Virus record (IMG/VR): IMGVR_UViG_3300025012_000071
From: an uncultured virus (IMG/VR IMGVR_UViG_3300025012_000071)
Lineage: Duplodnaviria > Heunggongvirae > Uroviricota > Caudoviricetes
Direction: 5' to 3' (one strand)
Length of the DNA: 20,000 bases
Below are positions 1-8,054 of this stretch, piece by piece. Made by a program: the position numbers and the translations under genes. The notes below the pieces were generated by a model, which made no database searches, was not told the origin of the DNA, and worked only from the letters and a program-made list of their open reading frames with translations. Position 1 is the stretch's first letter; the number at the start of each line of letters is the position of its first letter.

Positions 1-39
1 TTTAGAAATGGTAAAGAAGATGTATGAGGAGGAAGTCAA

Positions 40-366
40 ATGAGAACATGCCGCATTAACGCATCGCCGGATCAGATTAAGCAGATAGTGGAAACTATCA
101 AGGGTGCTAATCCCGACAGTCTCTTAGTGTTACCGCCTGTCAATCCTATCAGCGTATATTCACCGACCAAGAAAAAGAAGTATCACCGGATAACCGTTGA
201 ACTCGTAATACCGGAGGGTGCTTTAAATAGTTCTGCCGACCTTACTGATTTCGGAGTTTTCGCTGTGCTGAGGATACCCGAAAAACATATTTCAGAGCAG
301 TATTTAGTGGATAAAAAGAAGGAGGATACCACTAATGCCGAAACAGAAACGCCACAAACAACCTAA
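40..366 (+). CDS. hypothetical phage protein
   Basis: 108-aa ORF with GAGGAGG SD upstream; no family recognised. Confidence 0.7.
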   Translation: MRTCRINASPDQIKQIVETIKGANPDSLLVLPPVNPISVYSPTKKKKYHRITVELVIPEGALNSSADLTDFGVFAVLRIPEKHISEQYLVDKKKEDTTNAETETPQTT

Positions 367-523
367 ACTAAAAATCATCGTTGACCTGCCGAACGAGAGC
401 AACCGGAAATGGTACGACGAGAAATACCGGAATATGTTCAAAGATCGCCGGGGTGTTTTACACGATTACCGGGATGGAATGTCGCCGGGGTATTGCGTGG
501 CAGCGGTGGAGGTAGTGAGTTGA
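335..523 (+). CDS. hypothetical protein
   Basis: AAGGAGG SD before ATG 335; stop overlaps the TTG start of the methyltransferase. Confidence 0.65.
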   Translation: MPKQKRHKQPKLKIIVDLPNESNRKWYDEKYRNMFKDRRGVLHDYRDGMSPGYCVAAVEVVS

Positions 524-2124
524 TTAACGAAATGACGATGGGTTCACTATTTGACGGAGTGGCAATGTTCCCACTAGCCGCAGAACGCAACGGAATTAAG
601 GCAGTTTGGGCGAGTGAGATAGAAAAATTTCCGATGGCGGTTAGTCGGTTAAGATTTCCCGACATGAAACACCTTGGCGATATTAAAGATATAGGATTAT
701 GTACCTATATCACACATTTCAAAGGTACTAAATGTAATTTTTATATAAATACATCTAAAGACGTTTTAGTTAAACCTGTGGATATAATCACTTTCGGCAG
801 TCCATGTCAGGATCTAAGCGTAGCAGGTAAGCGTGAGGGGATGGCAGGAGAACGATCAGGATTGTTTAGTCAGGCGATACGGATAATTAGAGAAATGAGG
901 TTTGTGACAAATGGAGAATACCCTCGATACGCAATATGGGAGAACGTACCCGGAACATTTAGCAGCAACTCGGGACAGGATTTTAGAACCGTGCTTGAAG
1001 AAATCACAGCGGCCGAAATTCCAATGCCTAAGTCTGGAAAGTGGGCAAAAGCCGGAATGGTCAGAGGGAATGGGCATAGTGTTGCTTGGAGAACACTCGA
1101 TGCGCAATACTGGGGAGTCGCCCAGCGTCGTAAGAGAATCTTTCTTGTCGCAGATTTTAGAGGTCAACGTGCCGGCGAAATACTTTTTGAGCGCGAAAGC
1201 ATGTCAGGGGATTTTGAGACGAGCGGAGAAACGAGGAAAGAAGTTGCCGGAAGTGTTGGAAATGGCATTGAGACAACAATCCTCTTTGAACCACGAAGTC
1301 AGGACGGAGTACCAAGAATTCACGAAAGCGGAATCTGCCCAACTCTTAACACAGCACAGGGGGGGCAACGGCAACCATGTATAGCGCAACCGATGGCATA
1401 CTCTTTTGATGCACTCGGAAGTAACTCGATGAAGTCAAGCAACCCCCATAGTGGAGGAAGATTTATTGATACCTGTTACTGTTTGGATACGTCAGTTCCA
1501 GAACCTTCTAAAAATCAGGGCGGTATTGCAATACTTGAACCTAAAGCATACGTTATTCAATCCGCAACCATGAGCGGAGATAAGAAACAAAACGGTTTAG
1601 GTGTGTCAGATGGTCCGTGCTATACGCTTGATTGTCGGGCGGATCATGCGGTTGCTTATGGCATTAGGAACGCTCCGAAACCCAACATAGGAACTATTTG
1701 CGCAAGCGGAGCAGGGACAAACAGACCAGCAGGGCAGGGGAATGAAACTGATTTAGTTATCTGTTATCCCGAACCTGCAAACGCTCTGCTTGCAAAAGGT
1801 AATCTGTCATACCGTGCCGATGTGGATAATTTAGTTTGTGCTGTAGATGTCAGAAACCTTTACGAAACCGAGGAATTAAGCGGAACACTGCAAAGCAAAA
1901 ACACAGGTGGTTATTCGCTTAACTATCAAAATCCTGTTAGGGTTGGTTATGCGGTAAGGCGACTCCTGCCAATCGAAACGGAGCGCTTAATGGCGATGCC
2001 GGACGGTTGGACCAATATTCCCGGAGCGAGTGACACGGCACGTTACAAGGCGATTGGCAATTCATTGGTTATGCTGATACCTGATTGGATATTTAGTCAG
2101 ATAGTTAAACTGCATGTCAATTAG
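520..2124 (+). CDS. DNA (cytosine-5)-methyltransferase, possibly multispecific
   Basis: Motifs I (SLFDGVAMF, atypical), IV (GSPCQD), VI (ENV), VIII (QRRKRIF), IX (RRLLPIETERLMAMPD) and X (RYKAIGNS). Start re-assigned to TTG 520, with GGAGGT at 508-513. Confidence 0.95.
   Translation: MINEMTMGSLFDGVAMFPLAAERNGIKAVWASEIEKFPMAVSRLRFPDMKHLGDIKDIGLCTYITHFKGTKCNFYINTSKDVLVKPVDIITFGSPCQDLSVAGKREGMAGERSGLFSQAIRIIREMRFVTNGEYPRYAIWENVPGTFSSNSGQDFRTVLEEITAAEIPMPKSGKWAKAGMVRGNGHSVAWRTLDAQYWGVAQRRKRIFLVADFRGQRAGEILFERESMSGDFETSGETRKEVAGSVGNGIETTILFEPRSQDGVPRIHESGICPTLNTAQGGQRQPCIAQPMAYSFDALGSNSMKSSNPHSGGRFIDTCYCLDTSVPEPSKNQGGIAILEPKAYVIQSATMSGDKKQNGLGVSDGPCYTLDCRADHAVAYGIRNAPKPNIGTICASGAGTNRPAGQGNETDLVICYPEPANALLAKGNLSYRADVDNLVCAVDVRNLYETEELSGTLQSKNTGGYSLNYQNPVRVGYAVRRLLPIETERLMAMPDGWTNIPGASDTARYKAIGNSLVMLIPDWIFSQIVKLHVN
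911..1384 (+). CDS. nested out-of-frame ORF inside the methyltransferase, M.EcoHK31I beta-polypeptide-like
   Basis: 157-aa +1-frame ORF with its own SD (GAGGT 897-901). Contains LSQILE..VPAKYFLSAKACQGILRRAEKRGKKLP, which I recall as typical of ORFs nested in phage C5-MTases. Confidence 0.7.
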   Translation: MENTLDTQYGRTYPEHLAATRDRILEPCLKKSQRPKFQCLSLESGQKPEWSEGMGIVLLGEHSMRNTGESPSVVRESFLSQILEVNVPAKYFLSAKACQGILRRAEKRGKKLPEVLEMALRQQSSLNHEVRTEYQEFTKAESAQLLTQHRGGNGNHV

Positions 2125-2233
2125 TCAACCATAATCCAAAATAACCGCAGTAGCGACTCCGTACAGCGACGTAAAACTACAGGACATGCTTTTATACCTG
2201 TTGTCGTGATTGGGGAGTAAAAGGGGGTTTGAA

Positions 2234-2626
2234 ATGGCAAGACCGTCAAGGGTTTTACTTAAAGAAGAATTGGCGTATATGAAGCAATGGGCAGCCAAAG
2301 CGTCCTGCGCTAACATCGGTGAAAACTTGCTAATGTCGGAGCAACAATTGGGCGCATATATGAAAAAACACGGTATGTCGAGAGCGAATAAGGGTGCTAG
2401 ATACCTTGTTGTGCCGGATAGATATACAGGTCCGACTTCCTATGTGCAGCGAGGTAGAGACAATAGGTTTGTAAACCTCTTTACTAGACATAAAATCGAA
2501 GGAAATGTCAAGTTGCCGGAAAAACCTTGGAGCATTGAGCAGAGTTTTGAAAACCCTATCTTGTTGGTGAGTGCAACCGCAGGGGTGATGATTTGGCGCA
2601 ATAGCGGTAAGGGTGAATGTCTATGA
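2234..2626 (+). CDS. hypothetical protein, possible HTH
   Basis: ATG 2234 with AAGGGGG SD; helical N-terminus. Confidence 0.6.
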   Translation: MARPSRVLLKEELAYMKQWAAKASCANIGENLLMSEQQLGAYMKKHGMSRANKGARYLVVPDRYTGPTSYVQRGRDNRFVNLFTRHKIEGNVKLPEKPWSIEQSFENPILLVSATAGVMIWRNSGKGECL

Positions 2627-2847
2627 CTACAGGCGACACGGTAAAAGTTGTCAGGATGCCGAAAGGAGTCAGGAAAACTAAGCACAAATTTGCCATTGGT
2701 GATATTGGCGAGGTTAGAAATATTTACGGCAAATGTGCTTACGTGTGGTTTGATGTTGGCAGGGGCGCACCAATTAGCACGATAAATTTGGAGGTGGTTG
2801 GTGGTAGGGAGGAAGAGCGCAGTAAAGAGGGAACAGGAAATAGGTAA
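2617..2847 (+). CDS. small hypothetical protein, KOW/SH3-like beta fold possible
   Basis: GDTVKV...GDIGEV pattern; overlaps neighbouring genes. Confidence 0.55.
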   Translation: MSMTTGDTVKVVRMPKGVRKTKHKFAIGDIGEVRNIYGKCAYVWFDVGRGAPISTINLEVVGGREEERSKEGTGNR

Positions 2848-3064
2848 GTTGAAAACCGAAGTAAGTGTTTTACAAACTAGATTTGCAGTTTTGAGTGGTG
2901 CATACAACTATCTGCGCGAGGAAAATTTAAGACTTGATAGTTTCGACTACCAGATTAAGTTGCTAAGCAAAAACTTGGACGAGGCGCAGGTAATTATCGA
3001 CAGACTGCAAAATACAGCATGGAGAAGGTTTTGTCGATGGGTACGTCTACTGTTTACGGTATAA
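2798..3064 (+). CDS. coiled-coil hypothetical protein
   Basis: GGAGG upstream; heptad-like sequence. Confidence 0.55.
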   Translation: MVVGRKSAVKREQEIGKLKTEVSVLQTRFAVLSGAYNYLREENLRLDSFDYQIKLLSKNLDEAQVIIDRLQNTAWRRFCRWVRLLFTV

Positions 3065-3141
3065 TGTAGTTGAGAAGGGGAGAAAATTAGGGTGATTTAA
3101 TGCACATTAAAACATACAAAATCTCTCATATAACTCAATAT

Positions 3142-3369
3142 CCCTACTAAGGGTTGTCGAAATCGGACATTGAGACTAAATCAGTCAACAGATAACTACC
3201 CTCAGTCGAGAGGATGTCCGTAGAAGTTCCGGAGATACACCGGGCGCCATATGTGCTAGACGTAAAATTGAGCATGGTTAGGGTTATCTATAGCGGTTCG
3301 TTGCCGTAGGATGTCAATACGGTCCTGCAATCCCACTTAATCTGATAAATCAGGTTATGGTGGCGCAGG
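3142..3369 (+). ncRNA. candidate structured RNA of unknown class upstream of the PAPS-reductase-like gene
   Basis: Pairings CGGACAT 3164-3170/ATGTCCG 3214-3220, AGATAAC 3190-3196/GTTATCT 3283-3289, CCGTA/TACGG 3304-3322 and a long hairpin 3324-3369; no long ORF. Confidence 0.5.
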
Positions 3370-3372
3370 TAT

Positions 3373-4059
3373 ATGAGAGTGGTTGTAAGTGTGTCGGGAG
3401 GCAAAGACTCTACTTATTTAACGGCATATGCTCTTTATAGATATGGTCGAGAAAATTGTATCTTTGTTAGTGCTGACACTGGTTGTGAGTTTCCAGAAAC
3501 ATACGAATACCTGAACTATCTCGAAATAAAGTTGGGTATAAAAATACATCGCATTAAAAGCGATAAGTGGGATTATTTTTCTTACTGCCGACATAGAAGT
3601 AAGTTTCCTGATGCTAGAAATAGATTTTGTACGTCAGACTTAAAACAAGCACCATTAACTAAATGGATAACTAGCGCAGGTATAGACCGATACGATGACA
3701 TAATGCTAACAGGTGAGCGCAGAGAGGAAAGTAAAAAGAGGTCAACTTATCAGGAACATTATTATAACCAAAAATTGAGAATTGGCGGTTGTCGTCCGCT
3801 ATTAAACCTAACAACCGGAGATATATTTACGGGGATTAGACAGGCGGGACTTGTGCCCAATCCGGTGTATAAGCATTTTACTAGACTTGGTTGTTATGGA
3901 TGCATTTTTAATACTATTGACGAGTGGGTTCAGTTGAGTAAATTCTACCCTGACTTATTTAGTAAAATTGCAGATCTGGAAAATGAGATTGGTTACACTG
4001 TCCGGCAAGGAGAAACATTGAGGCAGTTAATTAGTCGCAAAGAAAGGGATTCAGCATGA
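3373..4059 (+). CDS. phosphoadenosine phosphosulfate reductase-like (CysH/DndC family) PP-loop protein
   Basis: SVSGGKDS PP-loop, DTGCEFPET, RFCTSDLK, GERREES..R, RLGCYGC. Confidence 0.9.
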   Translation: MRVVVSVSGGKDSTYLTAYALYRYGRENCIFVSADTGCEFPETYEYLNYLEIKLGIKIHRIKSDKWDYFSYCRHRSKFPDARNRFCTSDLKQAPLTKWITSAGIDRYDDIMLTGERREESKKRSTYQEHYYNQKLRIGGCRPLLNLTTGDIFTGIRQAGLVPNPVYKHFTRLGCYGCIFNTIDEWVQLSKFYPDLFSKIADLENEIGYTVRQGETLRQLISRKERDSA

Positions 4060-4247
4060 CACCAAAACAAGGGCAAACATACAGACATTTTAAGGGCAGC
4101 GTATACGATATTGTTTCGGTCAAAAATGACAACGTGAAATATCGTGCGCGCAGTACCGGCGTAGTTTGGAATAGGAGTTTGGAGGAATTTACCGACTATG
4201 TTTTTAGGGGATTTAAGTTAATGCGGAGATTTGAGAGGTTGATTTGA
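4056..4247 (+). CDS. DUF1653-family protein
   Basis: GQTYRHFKGSVY...VKYRA...WNRSLEEF signature. Confidence 0.8.
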   Translation: MTPKQGQTYRHFKGSVYDIVSVKNDNVKYRARSTGVVWNRSLEEFTDYVFRGFKLMRRFERLI

Positions 4248-4348
4248 TGGGCAGAAAAGTGAGCAGACCAAAGCAAGACCGGCAGACACTTTACAAAGAA
4301 TTCAAGTCTGCTGCCGAGAAAAATTTACCTAAGAAGGGGGAGAAGTAG
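4247..4348 (+). CDS. small basic hypothetical protein (33 aa)
   Basis: ATG overlaps upstream TGA, GAGG SD, fills the gap before the TS-like gene. Confidence 0.45.
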   Translation: MGRKVSRPKQDRQTLYKEFKSAAEKNLPKKGEK

Positions 4349-4349
4349 T

Positions 4350-5075
4350 TTGTTAAAACCGACAATTTTAACTTGTTTCGATATACCGGAAGTATGGTAC
4401 AGGTCGCTTTCTGAGTTATACCATGCTCATAGCGGAGGCGATAATCGGGAATACCTTGTACAACATGGAAGTTTTGAGAATCAACATAAGCGCAAGGAAC
4501 TTGACTATTTTATGGCGGTTATTACTAATCCAGGCAATAGACCGCTAACACCGATTATGCCGGAGGGTTTGAGTGTTGCGCCTCCTACAGATATGGATAA
4601 AATTGAGAAGTATTTTGCCGATTACATTATTGGTGCTGAGGTTGCCGACAATGAGGATTACACCTACGGAGAGCGCATAAGTATTAGTTTGCAGAATGTC
4701 ATAGAGATTCTAAAAATAACTCCAGACACCAACCAGGCTATTATTGAAGTTGGGCAACCTTTAGATATTTATCTGAATGACCCGCCTTGCCTGAGGATGA
4801 TCGATTGCCGGATTAAAGACGGTATGCTACATTTCATAATCTACTTTAGGTCATGGGATATATTTGCCGCATTACCTGAGAATCTGGGAGGGTTGCAACT
4901 CTTAAAAGAATACATGGCGGCAGAAATTGGGGTAAGGGATGGCGGCATGATAATTTCCTCTAAGGGCGCACACGTTTACGACTATGCCTGGGATCAGGTT
5001 AAGCAGTTAGTTAGGTTTAGGGATAAGACAGACCCTATCATCATAGACAATCCCGACGAAGGAGATATTGAGTAA
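4350..5075 (+). CDS. thymidylate synthase-like protein (ThyA/dUMP hydroxymethylase superfamily)
   Basis: YTYGERI, catalytic PPCL, FRSWD, LPEN and GAHVY motifs. Confidence 0.9.
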   Translation: MLKPTILTCFDIPEVWYRSLSELYHAHSGGDNREYLVQHGSFENQHKRKELDYFMAVITNPGNRPLTPIMPEGLSVAPPTDMDKIEKYFADYIIGAEVADNEDYTYGERISISLQNVIEILKITPDTNQAIIEVGQPLDIYLNDPPCLRMIDCRIKDGMLHFIIYFRSWDIFAALPENLGGLQLLKEYMAAEIGVRDGGMIISSKGAHVYDYAWDQVKQLVRFRDKTDPIIIDNPDEGDIE

Positions 5076-5458
5076 TGTCAATATATAATGTACGCAAATT
5101 AGGGCGCGAATACTGTCAAACAGAAGGTTCCGCGCACTATAAAGGCGGTGGTGTTGAACCCATAGACTTAATGATTTCTAAGGGCATCATCGAGGACTTT
5201 TGTATCGGCAATATAGTTAAGTACGCAACACGTTTTAAGCATACGCGCAACCTTGAGGATTTGAAGAAAGTTTCCGACTACTCGCATATTTTGGCCGGTG
5301 TGGAGTTGGAGAAGGTACAACCAAAACTGGAAATTATACCAGATGAAATGTGTTCGAGTTGTAATAAACAAAACTTTTCCAATTTAAGTTATTGTAATCT
5401 AGTATTATCCAAGACCAAAGAGTGTAAGGAAAATAACTTCTGTTATTGGGAGGGTTAA
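5075..5458 (+). CDS. DUF3310-family protein with Cys-rich C-terminus
   Basis: HYKGGGVEPID...FCIGNIVKYATR...EDLKK. Confidence 0.8.
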   Translation: MSIYNVRKLGREYCQTEGSAHYKGGGVEPIDLMISKGIIEDFCIGNIVKYATRFKHTRNLEDLKKVSDYSHILAGVELEKVQPKLEIIPDEMCSSCNKQNFSNLSYCNLVLSKTKECKENNFCYWEG

Positions 5459-5459
5459 C

Positions 5460-5645
5460 ATGAACTTCATCGAGGAACTCGAAAACGCTCCTTGGCCTAA
5501 GTTTTGCCGAGAAGCGGCAGAGCAGCGAAAATGTGAAATTTGCACTAATCCAGAACATGCTAACTCTATCAATACGCTTACTGGTGCTATAAGAAAACCA
5601 ATGTTCTGCCATATAGACTGTGATAAGAGGGAGAAAAGTAAATGA
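5460..5645 (+). CDS. small Cys-rich hypothetical protein
   Basis: GGAGG SD; CxxC motif. Confidence 0.55.
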   Translation: MNFIEELENAPWPKFCREAAEQRKCEICTNPEHANSINTLTGAIRKPMFCHIDCDKREKSK

Positions 5646-5890
5646 AAGGTCACTTCCCACAGATTAAATTTGTCAAACTAAACACAGCATCAGAGCAATG
5701 GAAACACGTTGAATCTGAGTGGAGAGAAGTTAAATTAGCAACATATCCAGAAGATAGATTGATGGAAAAAGTAGACTTGTTTCACTCTCTGGAAACTTAC
5801 TTTCGTAGGTTGGAATTTGAGGGCGTAGACGTTGAAGCATTATTCGGCAAGGTAGTACAGAAGAACCATGAGCGAGGATATTACAAATGA
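5642..5890 (+). CDS. MazG-like all-alpha NTP pyrophosphatase-like protein
   Basis: ESEWRE, EKVD and C-terminal KNHERGYY pattern. Confidence 0.6.
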   Translation: MKGHFPQIKFVKLNTASEQWKHVESEWREVKLATYPEDRLMEKVDLFHSLETYFRRLEFEGVDVEALFGKVVQKNHERGYYK

Positions 5891-6055
5891 TCGCAAAAAT
5901 GGACATGCGAGTGCGGAAAGGAAAATCAGGCCAACGTATTCTCATCGGGGGCAACGACAGTAAAATGCTCCCGGTGCTATGAGGATCACATCATGGAAAC
6001 GAAAACTATCGTAACTAAGTTGAGTTTCGGTAGAACGGAGATTAAAGGGAGTTGA
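5887..6055 (+). pseudogene. frameshifted zinc-ribbon protein (MIAK/WTCECG...KCSRC)
   Basis: ATG 5887 with GAGG SD; the zinc-ribbon frame 5900-6055 is reached by skipping one A of the A5 run at 5895-5899. Confidence 0.5.
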
Positions 6056-6059
6056 TTTT

Positions 6060-6314
6060 ATGTCTAAAGGAACTCCTTGGAGCGCAGAGGAAAAGGAAAT
6101 AGCGAGTCGCAACTTAACGATTAACGATATATATAATCTATTCCTCCGTAATGAATTTAATCGTAGTAGAGAGAATATCCGCAGATGGAGAAATACAAAC
6201 GGTATGGGCAGTTTGAAAAAGTCTGACTTAATAACTGTGCCTAAAATAGATAAAAAACCGAAAGAGCGTAAACGCTTTCCGGTGGGACTTCGGGATTGGT
6301 TGATGTTCGGATGA
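6060..6314 (+). CDS. Myb/SANT-like HTH hypothetical protein
   Basis: WSAEEKE...RSRENIRRW pattern. Confidence 0.55.
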   Translation: MSKGTPWSAEEKEIASRNLTINDIYNLFLRNEFNRSRENIRRWRNTNGMGSLKKSDLITVPKIDKKPKERKRFPVGLRDWLMFG

Positions 6315-6514
6315 AAAAACGCAAAGTAAAGAAAACTCCCCATTGTGGGTGGTGTCTCTCAAAACTCCACCCCGGCAAGATGGGGTGGATTAGGGTACTA
6401 AGTAAAAACTGCTTGCACAAGAACGGCAGGTTTAAGTCGTGTAGGCATTTTAGGCCGAACATGGATCATCCTAAGTGGAAATATGAAGGATTTAAGGATT
6501 TTGGAGGGTGTTAA
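6311..6514 (+). CDS. basic Cys/His-rich hypothetical protein
   Basis: ATGA overlap with the previous gene; CxxC, C, C. Confidence 0.55.
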   Translation: MKKRKVKKTPHCGWCLSKLHPGKMGWIRVLSKNCLHKNGRFKSCRHFRPNMDHPKWKYEGFKDFGGC

Positions 6515-6515
6515 T

Positions 6516-7046
6516 TTGAAAGTATGCGGAATTGATGCGTCCTTAACGAGTACAGGGATAGCAATATTGCATTGCAATAATGAACCGATAACTACAGCAG
6601 TAAAGAATAATTTAACCGGGATACCGAGACTAATCTATGTGCGCGACTATGTTAAGCAGGTTATCGAGGGCGCAGACTTAGCGGTTATCGAAGGATATGC
6701 TTTCAGTAAGGGAGATTTTGCCCATGCTAAGGGTGAATTGGGTGGAGTATTGCGCCTGATGATTGTTGATAGCGGAATGAAATTATTGGAAGTTACACCT
6801 AATCAACTAAAGAAGTTTGCAGTAGGCGATCACAATGCAAGCAAGGAAAAGGTTGCCGTAGGTGTATATAAGCGTTGGGGTAAGGAATTTAAGGAGAATG
6901 ACGAAACGGACGCTTATGTATTGGCTGAAATCGGCAGGGCATATTTAGGACTAACCGATAAACTGACCGCATATCAGCAGGAGGTTATTGACGCTCTGCA
7001 TGGCAAGTCGGAGGTCAGGAAGAGAAAAGCAAGGGGAGGAAAATAG
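6516..7046 (+). CDS. ruvC: RuvC-like Holliday junction resolvase
   Basis: GIDASLTSTG, VIEG, PNQLKKF..G...ASKE, NDETDA; TTG start with GGAGG. Confidence 0.88.
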   Translation: MKVCGIDASLTSTGIAILHCNNEPITTAVKNNLTGIPRLIYVRDYVKQVIEGADLAVIEGYAFSKGDFAHAKGELGGVLRLMIVDSGMKLLEVTPNQLKKFAVGDHNASKEKVAVGVYKRWGKEFKENDETDAYVLAEIGRAYLGLTDKLTAYQQEVIDALHGKSEVRKRKARGGK

Positions 7047-7049
7047 ATT

Positions 7050-7655
7050 ATGGGTTGCGATATTCATGTTTACTTAGAGGTTAAAAAACATATAAACGAC
7101 ATAGAAGAATGGGTAAGTGCTGATTTATTTAAACTAAATCCATATTATCCTGGAGACGAAGAAGACTGTGAGCAACAATATGAAATTTGCCATGCATATA
7201 GAAATAGAGACTACGAACTATTTGCAACATTGGCAGATGTGAGAAATTATAACGGCATAGCACCCATATCGGAACCAAAAGGAATGCCCGATGATTGCTG
7301 TCAAATGGTCATTAATGAGTGTAGAAGATGGGGCGGGGATGGGCACTCTCATAGTTACTTTACGTTAAGAGAATTACAGCAATATGCAGACAGTAAGATT
7401 AAGACAAAATACCAGGGATATATGTCACAAGAAGAAGCTGAAAAGGTAGATAAGGGAGAAATGCCTACCATGTGGTGCGGTTGGGCAAATGAAAAATTAG
7501 GATTTGTTTACCGAGAATGGGAATACGAAGATAATATTCTTGATTCACTTATTAGTTCTATGGTAAGGAGAGTTCATGAAACACACTGGCTTAATGAGGA
7601 ATATTTGAAAGAAAACCCAGATAAGCTAAGAATGGTTTTCTGGTTTGATAATTAA
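7050..7655 (+). CDS. conserved hypothetical phage protein
   Basis: MGCDIH...RDYELFATLADVR...HSHSYFTL..L...RMVFWFDN pattern typical of a phage family; function unknown. Confidence 0.8.
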   Translation: MGCDIHVYLEVKKHINDIEEWVSADLFKLNPYYPGDEEDCEQQYEICHAYRNRDYELFATLADVRNYNGIAPISEPKGMPDDCCQMVINECRRWGGDGHSHSYFTLRELQQYADSKIKTKYQGYMSQEEAEKVDKGEMPTMWCGWANEKLGFVYREWEYEDNILDSLISSMVRRVHETHWLNEEYLKENPDKLRMVFWFDN

Positions 7656-7845
7656 CAATAATATGACCGATCAAGAAAACCAACTAACCAGTGAGTTTAT
7701 CGCGTTCTGCGAGACTCACCGGGAAAAGTTAGCAGGGATGAAGGATAACTCAACTAGGATGAATTTTATGCAGGAGAAGTTGCCGCATATACCGCAATAC
7801 CTCGTATTGAGGGCGGTTAGACCTTATTTGGTTAAGGGGGTTTGA
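7645..7845 (+). CDS. hypothetical protein
   Basis: ORF within the operon; start uncertain. Confidence 0.5.
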   Translation: MIINNNMTDQENQLTSEFIAFCETHREKLAGMKDNSTRMNFMQEKLPHIPQYLVLRAVRPYLVKGV

Positions 7846-8054
7846 TGTTGCGTAGTATTGTTATTGAAACTGTACTTTTAGTTTACGGTTGCTCACTGGA
7901 AATACATTTACCGCTTTGGAAACAGCACTCATTCAACGGCAGAGCAAATTTCCGCAGCAATGGCAGTAACTTTTGCCGGAGTCATTTTCGCAGGCCTCGC
8001 GCTAATCTGTGGTCGGGGCAGAGAAAAAGGCAACAAAGTGATCAACAATGTTAA
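7842..8054 (+). CDS. hypothetical protein, frame uncertain
   Basis: AAGGGGG SD; an alternative frame gives a more hydrophobic C-terminus. Confidence 0.3.
   Translation: MMLRSIVIETVLLVYGCSLEIHLPLWKQHSFNGRANFRSNGSNFCRSHFRRPRANLWSGQRKRQQSDQQC

Noticed and set aside
409..519. N-terminal extension of the MTase ORF from ATG 409
   Set aside because: It overlaps ORF 335-523; a better SD and motif I position support TTG 520.
3160..3300. Group I intron, RNase P or raiA-motif identity for the structured region
   Set aside because: Only short partial matches (GAGACTAAA, GAGGATGTCC, ACGTAA..TGAGCATGG); the other required core elements were not found.
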